Shown one piece after another: positions 28,535 to 42,339 of a stretch of DNA of 64,000 nt (position 1 is its first letter; every line of letters starts with the position of its first letter). The stretch spans positions 31,930,001-31,994,000 of the forward strand of contig OZ024751.1 in the NCBI GenBank assembly GCA_964016885.1, read 5' to 3'. Under the pieces are notes generated by a model. The model saw only the letters and a program-made list of their open reading frames with translations, made no database searches and was not told where the DNA came from. This DNA is from Eledone cirrhosa. Its lineage: Eukaryota. Position numbers and translations under genes: made by a program.

Positions 28535-29163
28535 ATGTAATATATATATAAAGGTACAAAGATCAGGATTATACCAGTTTTAAACTAGTGAAACCATTAT
28601 TCAGCAAATCACTCAATACTTGGGATAGTAAAGTGTAACCATAGTCTCTAATAGTGGTAAGAGTGTTAGACTTACAATCATAATGTCGTGGGCTCGATTC
28701 CTGGGTTGCGTGTTGTGTTCTTGGGCAAAACACTTCATTGCACGTTGCTCCAGTATACTCAGTTGAGAATGAGTACCAGCAATAGCTGGAGGTTTAACCC
28801 TACGATGGACTGGCGTCTTGTCCAGAGGGGAGTCTTGTGCTCTCAGTTGCTTCACGCCATGAAACTGGGATAAGCACCGGCCAAATGAGCTTTCTGGCTT
28901 AAGACAGACTTTAGATATATATATATCATCATCATTTTACGTCCGCTTTTCCCTGCCTGCAAGATATATATATATCAAGTTTGATATAGGAATGGCATCA
29001 TTTCTATATCAAACTTGATGATGTTTACACTCTACTAATGTCTTGAGTACCTTACTAACTGTGGTTACCCCTGATTGAACCTGGAACACACAAACATACA
29101 CACACATATATAATAATAATTATGAAGACCAAAATCCGAAGAAGGCTTGGTAAAGGTTATATA

Positions 29164-29210
<47 letters not shown>

Positions 29211-29371
29211 ATACTTGGGGAGGGTCATATTGTTGTAATAATATTGCCAGAATTAATAACAGATTATTATAATCTGTTATTAATTCTGGCAATATTATTA
29301 CAACAATATGACCCTGCCCAAGTATAACAATATTTGTTTCGACACACGATTTCATATCAAAAACATCGCAA

Positions 29372-29449
<78 letters not shown>

Positions 29450-29451
<2 letters not shown>

Positions 29452-29780
29452 AGGCACATGGCTAAGTGTTTAGAGCCTTGTAATCGAAAGGTTGTGATTT
29501 CAATTCTCAGATCGGGTGATATGTTGTTTCTTTGAGCAAGACACTTTATTTCAGATTGCTCCAGTTTACTCAGCTGTAGAAAGGAGATGATAGGACGGGG
29601 TTCCCTATCATTCCACTGTAAAGTGGTCGTGGAGGTGCCATGGCAAAAAAGCACCCAGCACTCACTGTAAATGAGGTTGGTATTAGGAAGGGCATCCAGC
29701 TGTAGAAATCAAGCCAGAATCAGTTTCCGTCCCACCCTTGCAAGCAGGGAAAAGCAGACGTAAAATGATGATGATGATGA
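29450..29780 (+). mobile_element. CORE-type SINE with RTE-derived tail; inverted copy at about 55431-55742
   Basis: tRNA head TGGCTAAGTG..TTCAATTC, CORE-like TTGAGCAAGACACTT, tail AGGAAGGGCATCCAG...(GAT)n. Confidence 0.85.
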
Positions 29781-29783
29781 TAC

Positions 29784-29834
<51 letters not shown>

Positions 29835-30451
29835 AAACCAAACCTGTAGAGCAAATATTTATTATTTATACAGATTAAAGTTTAAGCAAAGAATCACTGC
29901 TTTCACCCTTTTCGGGAACTGTACTAATAATATATATATATATATATATGTCATATGTGTATACATGTGTATATTCACAGACATATACACACAAATATAT
30001 ATATATATACATACATACAATCATCCACTGAAAAACATAGGCTGTGTCTTCCGTGAGAAATGTGGTAACAAGAACCATAGGCAGTGTCTCCTGTTAGAAA
30101 TATATTAACAAAAATGACTAAAATATCTGCAATTTATTTGTTTTACATATTTTTTGCCATTATTTGACCAGATGTTTACCAGGAAATAATAATAGTATTA
30201 AACATATTTCAGTTTTTATTCTTAGCAATCTAACTTCATATTACTGAAATGCAAATTCGCATATTTTTCTTAGATGTTGCCGAGTCCATTACCATATTAA
30301 ATACGCTTAATAGATTTAAAACAATCAACAATCAAGACTTTGAAAACATTTAGAGTGTATGTATGTGTCTGTATATATATATATATGTGTGTGTGTATGT
30401 GTGTGTGTATATATATATATATATGTATGTATGCATACATATATATGTGTG

Positions 30452-30589
<138 letters not shown>

Positions 30590-30745
30590 CACACACATAT
30601 ACACACGCACACATATACACACACACATATATATATATACATATATATATATAGATACACACACACACATATATATATATACACTTGTCCCACCCTTGCA
30701 AGCAGGGAAAAGCGGACGTAAAATGATGATGATGATGATACACAT

Positions 30746-30828
<83 letters not shown>

Positions 30829-32323
30829 CATATATACATACATATATAATATATTATATATATTTATACATATATATATATACACATATATATACTTTTA
30901 AATACAATATAAAATGTGTGCGTTTGTGTGTGTGCATGCATGTGTATGTGTGAGTGCGTGTGAGCGTGTGTGTTCTTAGTGATTACTGAAATGAATATGA
31001 ATTAGCAGTTAAAAAAACAAACAACTACATAAATGAATAAATATTTTTGTATAAATATATTTATTAATATTTTATATAAATTATTTGAAAGAAAATGTGT
31101 ATTTAATGATAAAAACATGTTTGTAAATGTTGTTTCTGTCTTGTGGCTCTCAAACATCTGAAGTCTATCATATATGCTTCTTATATTAAGCAAGTTTGTC
31201 CAACCCCCTTTTACTATATCAAAGGCCAACAAACTTAGACCTTATTGGCACAGTCCACCTAGTTTCAGATAGTTACTATGTGAAAGTGCAGCTCACTATT
31301 CATGGCATCTCCTCTGTGGATCTCAGTGATTTGAAATGAGCTCACACCATCTCTACCCAGGACTTTCTTGGTCTACCTCTACTGCAGCTTCCTTCCACTG
31401 GAATTTCCTGGTACTTCTTCACCCAGTGATCATCATCCATGTGCAAATCTTTAATCTAACTTATTGAACCTATAATGGTGGAGATTTGTGGTATTCTTCA
31501 TCCCTGAATCACTTCTTTATTCACTGCTGTCAAGGCGGAGGTATTTTATTGGAAGGGTGTTGGTGTTGTATTTGAGGAGTGGAGGTGTTGTAATGGAAGG
31601 GTGGAGGTATTGTAATGGAGGGGGTGGAGGTGTTGTATTGGGGGGAGGTGGAGCTGTATTGGAGAAGGGGAGGAAATATTTAGAGTGTGACTCCAGATAT
31701 TCCAAGAGAAGCTTAGATGTGTTTCATTGGAGGAGGTGTTATTGTTAAAGGCAAGTAAAAGAATGAAATAGTTCTCAAGTTAATATCCTTGCCAACCCTC
31801 CGCCTACATACCCTCCTCCCCCACATACAAATATATGGTTTAGTGCTATTCTGTTTGTTGAAATAGTTAGATAAAGTTAGACTTAACAAATGAGATGACA
31901 TAGATTGATGATGACTGAAGATTTTTATCAGAAAATCTTGATCTGTGCTTACTGTTGCTACTACTTCTAATGTTTTTCATTATAACAAGATCCTGATTAG
32001 AAGATAATAACGATGACAAGTAGTAATGTTACTTTAGTCTGCTGTTATCACCAGGAAGATTATCTATCTATAAACATCTTTGCAAATATTCAATTCAAAT
32101 TTGTTTAAGGATTCCAACCCTTACATGCACACAAAAAAAAAGGAAGGAAAATTAAGTAAAAATAGTAAGAACAAGACAAAAAACAATTGTGTATATTTTT
32201 AGAAAGAGTATTACAGGGCAAAGTTGATCCAACTGTTTAATGTCAGTCTGGAAGATTCTTCAATCTATAACAATAAGATATTTTTTTCTAGTATCTTCAC
32301 CTTTTTAGTTTTCATGTCTTTAA

Positions 32324-32544
32324 CCCTTTAGCATTTAAACTGGTTGTATCCAGCCAGAATTCCCTCACCCTTTTCTGCTCAAACTGGCTGTAACTGGCCA
32401 CTCATACTGATGTTAAGGTATTGTTCTCAAAATAAATAATATCAAAATCTCATAGATTCGATATTATGTGAGATAATTATGAGCGGTAAAGCCTTTAACA
32501 TGAAAATATAATAGTAAATATAGAGTAATGTAAATGCTAAATGG
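32324..32544. mobile_element. piggyBac-like MITE with TTAA target duplication; inverted copy at 15521-15923
   Basis: TTAA-CCCTTTAGCATTTA ... TAAATGCTAAATGG-TTAA. Confidence 0.8.
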
Positions 32545-32821
32545 TTAAGCCTTTTGATAGTCTGCCAGGAGTTGTAACCTGTAGATAGTATCAGCAAGAG
32601 AAAGACCAATGGACAAGACTAATGGAAGCATTGTTTCCTTGGTCTGATTTGATGAATTCCTACGCCACTCAGTAAGCCAATGAGGTTTGAGGTTTGAGGC
32701 CTTGTTGATCTATTCAGTCAATAATGACTCACCTGAAACAGCCTTGAATTTATGATACAAAACTGATCAGTTATGGGAAGTTGATTGACTATTGATTGAT
32801 GCTTATATTAAGACCTTTCAA

Positions 32822-33030
32822 CATCATCATCATCATCATCATTATCACTGTTCTTTCGTCTGCTTTTTCCTTGCTTGCATAGGTTTGACGAGTCTTATTC
32901 AGCACAGCATTTCTCCATTTGCTGTGTTCCTTTGTCACCTCTGTGAGTCTCAGTGATTTCAGATCAACCCTCAACACCTCTGTCCAGGTTTTCCATGGTC
33001 TACCTCTATTGTGGCTTCCTTCCACAGGGA
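32822..33030 (-). mobile_element. RTE LINE 3' end with (ATG)n tail; related piece at about 31170-31445
   Basis: ORF EGSHNRGRPWKTW followed by a (CAT)n run on the plus strand. Confidence 0.75.
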
Positions 33031-33762
33031 TTTATTTTATTTTAGAAATATTCGTTAAATAATGTTTTAAATATCAGCTTATTAATGAAAAATACCTTCT
33101 TCTTCTTCTTCTTCTTCTTCTTCTTCTTCTTCTTCTAGTAGCAGTTTTTCATTTGAGAGATTTCTATCAAAACTTTACTTTTATTGAAGTATGGAATGTA
33201 AAGAAATGCTGTTGAGATTCTTAGTAGAACTTCTCAGAGAAGTTTGGCAACATGAGATTATTTACACTAGAATATCCCAGAAATGTTACTTTACGATATT
33301 AATAAAGCATTAAGCCTATAGCAATGATATATTATTTCACCATTTGAGAAAGTTTTCTAATTACCAGGAGTATTCTATGATACATGGCACTTTGAAAAAG
33401 GTAAGTAGGTCACAGCAGCAGCAGCAGAAGAAGGCAATGAAGGATTGAGCTGTTGCATTAGTTGGAAGTGAAGGAAATTCTTTTAAATAATAAAATAATA
33501 ATAATAATAATGGTTCCTGATTTAAGCTCAAGGCCAGCAATTTGAAGGGAAGGGGAAAGTCGATTAAATCTACCCCAGTGCATGACTGGTATTTTATTTT
33601 ATCGACCTCATAAGGATGAAAGGCAAAGTTAATCTCGGTGGGATTTGAACTCAGAATATAAAGGGTCGTAAAATAATGAAAATAATAATAAAAATACTAA
33701 ATCAATATACATATATATATGTATGTATATATATATACATATATATATACATATATATATAT

Positions 33763-33847
<85 letters not shown>

Positions 33848-34043
33848 TAGCATAGAAAACAAGCATAGAAAACCAGATGTAAATAAAATAATGATTTATT
33901 TATCAACTTTTTACAGAAAGACTTCATTCTTTTCATGATTTACAATTTCTCAAATCTGACGTTTTAAAGTAATTTCATATCTGGCCTATGGTATTTTAAA
34001 AGTCCTCCGAAACTATTAACATAACTCTTAGTGTGAGAGAGAG

Positions 34044-34160
<117 letters not shown>

Positions 34161-35294
34161 CAAAACAAAACAACTTTAAACTATCAACAGTAAAAGATAT
34201 AATTTTGATTCTAATTTTTAACTGAGCCAAGACTTAACTGATAAAAAAGAAGAATTGAAGGTTTGTTTGACCAAAATAGAAAAAAACAAAAACAAAACAA
34301 CTCTCCTACTGTGTTGATGATTTATTCCTGGGATATTAGGCTGATGGGGGTGGGGTGGGCTGGGGTGATAGATGGGATGGTGGTGGTGGTAGTGGGGAGG
34401 GGGGTTAGGAGTTAACGGAAAAAGAATAAGAGTTAAACAGATAGGTTTTGTATAAGTTATTTGTCAATATTAGGTTGTTACACTATACAGTTTATTTCAG
34501 TATTCATTACAACATATTATTGTCAGACACAATAGCTCTCATTTAATGTTCATTTATATCAGCCAATAGCGAAGAATAGATATTTATTTCCTTTTAAAAC
34601 TTCTTGTCAAGGAATGAATACATCTTGTATACAGCCATTTGTATTTATTATTATTTTTTTTATTTATTATTATTATTTTTTATTCATTATTATTTATTTA
34701 TTTATTATTATTTCTCTTTTGTTGTTTGTTTTTAGCTACAGGTGTTTTACAGCTGGAGGATGTCCCAATCTTAAAAAAAAAAAAAAAAAAAAGTTCCCAT
34801 TTTCCAGAGAAGAGAAACTGTGGCAAGTACAGTAATGTGTCATCTATAAAAATGATGACACATCATAAAGTTTGTGTCAGAGTTAAAAGTCATGATCTTT
34901 GGTTTCTATGTATATATCATTTCATCATCAATTCTTACAGTTATTTTAAATTGGAAATAAAGCATCAAAAGCACCTTTTTCTTACCATACATTATATCTT
35001 GTAGTAGTTTAGACTATATATACAACACTTTCTTATCTTTCTCACCATTTTCTCCACTAGTCTACATCTAAAATTCTTCATTTTTGGATTCATATATTCT
35101 TTGCTCCTGGAGAGGAAATGGGCTCTGCCAGGTTAAAAAAAAAATGCCCTAGAAATGACATATCTCAATACAGTGCCCCTACGACTCTCTTAGAAGTGAC
35201 ATGCTTGCATATTCTTTGCTAATTTCCACATAACAATAACTAAAGAGATCTAGAATATTTAACACTCCATTCTTCAGGGTTAATGTTTTCATAT

Positions 35295-35650
35295 GTATAT
35301 TCTCAACTACTCTATATTCTATTGTTCTATTCTCAACTACTCTATATTCTATTGTTCTATTTTTAAGTACTCTATATTCTATTGTTCTTTTATTCTATTC
35401 TCAAGTACTCTATATTCTGTTGTTCTTTTATTCTATTCTCAAGTACTCTGTATTCTGTTGTTCTATTATTCTATTCTCTGTATTCTATTATTCTATTCTC
35501 AAGTACTCTATATTCTATTGTTCTATTATTCTATTCTCAACTACTCTATATTCTATTGATCTTTTATTCTATTCTGAAGTACTCTATATTTTGTTGTTCT
35601 TTTATTCTATTCCCAACTACTCTATATTCTATTGTTCTATTATTCTATTA
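35295..35650. repeat. AT-rich minisatellite of about 30-35 bp
   Basis: TATTCTCAA(C/G)TACTCTATATTCTATTGTTC units. Confidence 0.85.
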
Positions 35651-35700
35651 TTAGCAACTTTTATTATGATATTATAACAGATTAGTCTTCTCTCTCTCTC

Positions 35701-35735
<35 letters not shown>

Positions 35736-36305
35736 GACACACACACACACAAATATATACAGCATACAAAACATAGCACTAATGGGCACTGCATACCTAT
35801 TATAAAGAGTACTTTCAATACATTAGAAACAACACCTCAAAACACCACACTGCACAAACCCAAGGTAAATAGAGCTGGGCTTGGCAACCCAGTGCTGACA
35901 CAATAAAAATAAGAGTAATAATAACAATAATAATAATAAAATATACGATTATAATGAAATGAAAAATGTAAATAAAAAAAAATGTACATTACTTAGTAGT
36001 AGACATAAATAAAATGAAATATCCAACATATGTACAGATTTATATGTAGGTGTGTGCATGTATATTCTTTTCCTTGTTTTCTGTTTATACACATGGATAC
36101 AAATATATGTATTTATGTATGTCTATCTTTCCCCCCTGTTTTCTGTTTAACTTGTGGTTGTTTTCCTACTTCTCTTCCAAAGCATCCTCTCTTCTCTCTT
36201 CCGATGAAGGACTAATGTTTGAGATGCCAAGACACTTTTCCAACTATATGAAGCATAAAACTAATATGCCATCATTGTAGTATTCTTCTCCTGTGTTGAT
36301 ATTTC

Positions 36306-36343
<38 letters not shown>

Positions 36344-36480
36344 TAGAAAGTGAGGTTTTTTTTACAAAATGAAAAATAACCGAGGTGTCCTACACGAGTG
36401 AAAGTATAAAGAAAAAAAGATGAAATCGAAAATGCAACTGGAGTCTTATTTAAAAAAAAATATATATATTTATTTGGTTC

Positions 36481-36516
36481 CTTTACCGGTTTCGCAGTTC
36501 TTCTGCTTTTCAAAAG
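36481..36516 (-). ncRNA. Degenerate minimal hammerhead ribozyme
   Basis: Minus strand reads CTT-TTGAAAA-GCAG AAGAA CTGC-GAAACCGGTA-AAG: perfect stem II, palindromic stem III ACCGGT, GUA triplet, but two substitutions in the CUGAAGA box. Confidence 0.5.
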
Positions 36517-36546
36517 TAGTTGAGATAGAGCGTCTGTGGTTTTTCT

Positions 36547-36646
<100 letters not shown>

Positions 36647-36809
36647 GTGTGTGTGTGTGTACTCTCAACACTCAGGCAAACACACACATATACTTGTGTC
36701 ATGTGTACATACCCAGTCACATGCAGACATTTTTAAAGTTTCAAAAAGACCTCTTCCATTGATATTTTGACAAATGTCTGTAATGGGTGTTTCTGCAAAA
36801 TTAACTTCC

Positions 36810-36841
<32 letters not shown>

Positions 36842-37769
36842 CAGCAGCCACTATCATCACCACCACCACCACCACTGCCACCACTACCACCACCACTGCC
36901 TCCAGACCATCACATGCTACATATCTTGAAGACTATGACTTATGGATAATAGACCATCAATTGTTTTTTATTTATATATTTATTCTGTTGTAGTTGTTGC
37001 TGCTGTTATTGTTGTTGTTGTTATTGTTACTGTTGTTGTTGCTGCTGTTATTATTGTTGTAGTAGTTATTGTTACTGTTGTTGCTGTAGTTGTTGTTGTA
37101 GTTGTTGTATTACTTTATGGATTAGCTTCATTGAAAATGTCACTACAATAAGCTTCAATCCAAATGATAAGAATGCTTCAACAATGGTATGCAAACGAAA
37201 ATAACATTTATATCTTTCTTGTAGAGTGAAAATTTAGCCTTAATATCTGTCAAAGCAGAAACATTCTCACTTTTGACATGACATATCCGGACAAAAGTAT
37301 AAGAATTGGGGCTTGTGTTAGGCTTGCTGTAACCACCCCCAACCCCATCCCCCAGAAATAAATATTGCTAGTCTCTGGTTCTTTTTTTCTTTTTTAGAGA
37401 ACAGGTTTTAATACCAAATATAGACCTATACAGTCAACTGTATTTAAGAAGCATTGAGCAAATTGTAAATTTTGAATGCATGTTAGCTGAAATTAAGTGC
37501 CTTCAATGCTGGATTTTTAGTATAGAAAATAGTCAAAGAAGTTGGGCTTAAACAACCTAAGGGATGGAAAAACGTGGACAGTCTTGCCTGAGGGACTTGG
37601 ACACACGCTGGCTGTATACCATACAGTTGTACTACCATTAAACCAAACTGAGACTGAGCTATGACCACTTATCTGTCATTTTAAGACTTACAATTTTGGT
37701 TACAATGGCAGAGAAAAATATAGGTTACAATCAAAATCATAAATTTCAGTATTGTCTAACAGAAAAAAA

Positions 37770-37867
<98 letters not shown>

Positions 37868-38118
37868 AATATTTTCCAGTAAATATGAAAAAAAAAAGAT
37901 ATTCCTAAAAGCCTACTTTAAGAACAATTCTCAATAAATGTTGAAATTAATTTCAAAATTTAAGCTATCAAATATTCCAACTGGCATTTAATTACATCCG
38001 GTTAAGCTTGACACATAAAATAAAAATAGTATTTTTAGAACTAAATACTTTAATGCTCTTTATAATTTTTCCAAAATTATTTCCCCATAGGTTATTTTTT
38101 TCAAACTTAATATATGAC

Positions 38119-38167
<49 letters not shown>

Positions 38168-38676
38168 ATATATATATATATATATATTCTGTCGGTTATG
38201 ACGAGTGCTCCAGTTGATCTGATCAACAGAACAACCTGCTTGTAAAATTAACTTGCAAGTGGCTGAGCATTCCATAAACACGCAGAGCCTTAACAGTTAT
38301 TTTCACTTTTTCTTTATCACTAGTTATTCATTAGTTCATTAAAGTTCTTTCATCACATATTCTATGACCTCCTAATGACTATCTTTTTTCTTTTTGGCCT
38401 CCTCTTCTTTCTGGTCTTAATCCGCTACACCATGTTAGAGTGATAAAGATATTATAAAGTGAAAAACTGAAAATCATATGGTGTCTGTATGTTTCTTTTT
38501 CTTGGTAATACCGGCGACATGACCATCCCCAACTATAACCATATCAGATTCAACACATAATTACACATCAAGAATCTTGCAGAAGAAATGCATAGTAGCG
38601 AACATGGATGTTGAAATGATGACGATAATGATGATGGTGATGATATATATTCATTTTATTAAGACTAAATAGTGAG

Positions 38677-38726
38677 TCTTGTAACTCTGGAGTTTTGCCT
38701 GCTTCTCACAGGATCATCAGACAAGA
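38677..38726 (-). ncRNA. Type I hammerhead ribozyme, probably inactivated (G12 to A)
   Basis: Minus strand reads TCTTGT-CTGATGA-TCCTG TGAGAAG CAGGC-AAAACTCCAGAGTT-ACAAGA. All three stems are present; the GAAA box reads AAAA. Confidence 0.65.
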
Positions 38727-40629
38727 ATGGATATATATATATATATATATATTTATTAAAATAACAGATTAAAGTTTAAGTAAAGAATTGGTGCTTTCAC
38801 CCTTAACGGGATCTTCTGAAACTAACAAAGTCAATCTGTGAACGCAGAAGGGAATATTTCAAAAAACGTTGCAACCGGAGGAAGACAGGAAGATGATACT
38901 TTGGTTCGTGGAAACGTTCCCTGGCAAAGAACGGGAAAAAACGAATATAACGTCATTATTTGGAGCAGTGAAAAACATTGGATTTTAGTCTTCAAATTTA
39001 TTATTATTACTCCCCTTTATAGTTTGAGTTCAAATCCCGCTGAGGTTAACTTTGCCTTTCATCCTTATGGGGTCGATAAAATAAAGTACCAGTAATGTAT
39101 TGGGTAATTGCTGGCCTTGTGCCAAAAGTAGAAACAATTACTATATATATATATATATATATTTGTATAGGCATATATGTATGTATATATATATGTGTAT
39201 ATATATATGTTGGTGACCTGATCCTGAGAGTGCATATGGAGCAAGTTACATTCAGGACTATCTGTGTGTGGCAGGTTTGTGGTGTCATTCGTGGGCTCAT
39301 GGCCGTTCAGCACCATGATAAAGAGATGGCCCTCTTCTGTAAAGAAGTGGCAGTTATCACATATATATATATACACACACACACTGTTGTCATATTTGAT
39401 GGGTGAATGTGTATTTGAGGAGGCACCATCTAAATATTCTTCTTCTCTTTTTTAGTTGTCTTGGGGAGAATGTGGGGTGGTGTGAGGGTGAAAATCAAAA
39501 AAAAACTAGCAGGTTAAGATTTGAGTTTTATAACATGATAAATGATAGACAGCTGGTGAAGTGGTACCACCTCCACTGTTATCTCCACCACTACCACCAC
39601 TGTCACCATTGTCACCTCTACCACTGCCACCAGCATCACTGTCACCTCCATCACTACTGTCATCTATATCACCACCACCACAACAACCATCATTGCCACA
39701 TCCACCACCCCTGCCCTGTCCAACATCATCATTGCTGCCACCACCACCAGATATGTACACAAACTCAGAGAGAGGGAGGGGAGACGGAAAGGGGTGAGAG
39801 AGAAGAAGGAAAGCAGGAGAGGTGAGAAAAAAGCGAGGAATAGAAGAGAAAAGGAGAGAGAATGAGATGATAATAGTGTTAATAATAAAAATACTATTAT
39901 GGTCACCCACTGAGAATAAAATAGATAAACCAATTTGTAGGAATTATTTGTTTTATTGTCCCTTTAAGGACCAGAGCTGATTGACCAAAAAAAAAAAAAG
40001 AAAAAAAAGGGGACCCCTTTAGTACATTGAGCTATTTTCATATCCTACCAGCACCATCACAGTAGTTTCCACTTCTCTATCTCTAGTTTACCTACTGTAA
40101 CCCCGAATGAACAACATCCTTTTGACAATGACAATGGGCATATCAAAAACCAATACAAAACATTGCTTACATTTTTAGCACCTGTCTGACAACAATGAAT
40201 TAAATATCTATTACATAAGGACATTTTAATGCCTTTGAAATGTACATAAAAGTTGTATATGTAAAACCATATCTCTTCTTTCTTAATATTGATACTTCGC
40301 CTAATACCATATATATAATACTTCATGGATATCCATGACGTGGAGTGCTTAAGTTGATTACACCATAAATAGTTGATTGATTGGACCAACCAACATGAAT
40401 TATTGAAAGATTTGATATGTAAAACCAGCATGTCACATATCTAATGGACCTACAGGACCTCGATTCAAGATATATGGTACATTGGGAATGTTATATATTT
40501 ATATATATATATAGTCGGTGGTACTGGGACTGGGAAGACGACAAATCAGAGAAGTACTAAATGGTATGATGCAGAGTGGGTATATTAGTAGTAGAGGTAA
40601 CTAGCTGAAATCGCGGTATATTTTATAAG

Positions 40630-40670
<41 letters not shown>

Positions 40671-40929
40671 CGTTTCTGAATTTGTTTAGCAAGATTCTTT
40701 ATCTGAAAACGTGTGTTGAAACCGATATTGTTATACTTTGGGAGGGTCATGTTGCCAATAAGAAACACACGCACCAGTTGCTTTCACTCCAATTTATTAT
40801 AAATTAAATTATGAATTAAAAAAAAAAATAATATATATGTATGTAAAAGGTAAACAGAAATAACAACACAATCGATAAAGTATATGGAAGGGATATATTA
40901 GGTTAATGCTTGATATAGCAAGAAGAGGG

Positions 40930-40965
40930 TCTTAACGTTTCGGAGGCTAGTCCTTCATCAGAAGA
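40930..40965 (-). ncRNA. Minimal type I hammerhead ribozyme, intact core
   Basis: Minus strand reads TCTT-CTGATGA-A-GGA CTAGCC TCC-GAAACGTT-AAGA: stem I TCTT/AAGA, stem II GGA/TCC, palindromic stem III ACGT. Degenerate paralog on the plus strand near 36197-36232. Confidence 0.6.
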
Positions 40966-42339
40966 AAGAATGAGAAATAAGATAGATTGAAGGGACGGGC
41001 AGGGTGGAATTGGAAAAAATGTCTTTAGATAAAAATAACAGGTCCATTCATGTTGACATCTCTTGCAAAATTGTTGGTGCTGGCGTTTTGTGTATGATTT
41101 ATTTTTTAGAAAAGTGGATGATGGAGCATGTCTACCTGAAATGGAAAAAAAAAAAAACGTTTTGTAAAAATACTCACCAGATTTAGCTGTTGAAACGGCC
41201 GGAACTCAGCTGTATTGGGGTCCCGAACTTTTCACACATATATATATATGTATGTGTATCTATATATATATGTGCGCATCATGTATATATGTGTGTGTGT
41301 GTGTTGGTATATATGTGTATGCTCGTGTATGTGAAGTCCTTAATTTCAAACTGAAACTTCCTCTCTGTTTCCTGTAATGTTCTGAACATCTTTGCTCCTC
41401 TGGCTATAAACCCGTCACGTAATGTTCTTAACTTCCCTGCCCCTCTGGTTAATAATCTTATCACATAATGTTCTAAACATCTTTGATCCTTTGGCTAATA
41501 TCACGTAATGTTCTGAACCTCTCTACCCCTCTGACTAATAATCGTTTCTACTTTTGGCACAAGGCCAGCAATTACCCAGTACGTTATTGGTACTTTATTT
41601 TATCGACCCCGTGAGGATGAAAAGCAAAATTAACCTCAGCGGGATTTTGAACTCAAATCATAAAGGGCCGTAACTCTTTGCTGCAAAGTATGACGTCCGA
41701 CCCTCTACCGATACTGCTAATCCATGTCACCTAATGTTCTGAAGTACTTTGCCCCTTTGGCTAATAAACATATTTAGCTGTTGTTTCTAGCACTTGTTTT
41801 GACCACGTAGATATCCACAAGCAGTGTCAAAAGTTTTATAAAGGGAAATAAATCTTCCTTGAGAGGACGAGGGCCTGTTTTGGGGAAGATTTATTTCCCT
41901 TTATAAAACTGCGCAGTGCACTCTACATCCAAACTGAATTCCACTAAAGTTCCACTAAGTTCAAGTATCTCGAGATCCTGTTCACGAGTGACGGAAGGAA
42001 GGAGGCTGAATTAAGTACAAGAACCGCAAGAGCTGGTGCAGTAATGCGCCAGCTTCAGCATTAGCGTAAAAGCCAAACTCACTATCTTAAATTCGGGTTT
42101 TGTACCAACCCTTACCTATGGTCATGAATCTTGGGTAATGACCAAAAGCATACGAATTGGAGACGGTTGGTTATTTACAATAATTATTTCATGACTAGGA
42201 TAGTAGCTTAACATAGAGTTATGTAAAATTACGTTGGCAGGTGGCAAGACAATTTTTATGTACTTAGCTGATAGCCAGGTGGTTCTATATGTGACAGCAG
42301 GTGTTTGACATAAACTCACAAGTGAGTAATACTAGATGA

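Noticed and set aside
31912-31950. Hammerhead-like CTGAAGA...GAAA
   Set aside because: Stem I does not pair and the stem III register is wrong.
40057-40431. 124-aa minus-strand ORF
   Set aside because: AT-rich composition, no recognisable motif and no splice support.
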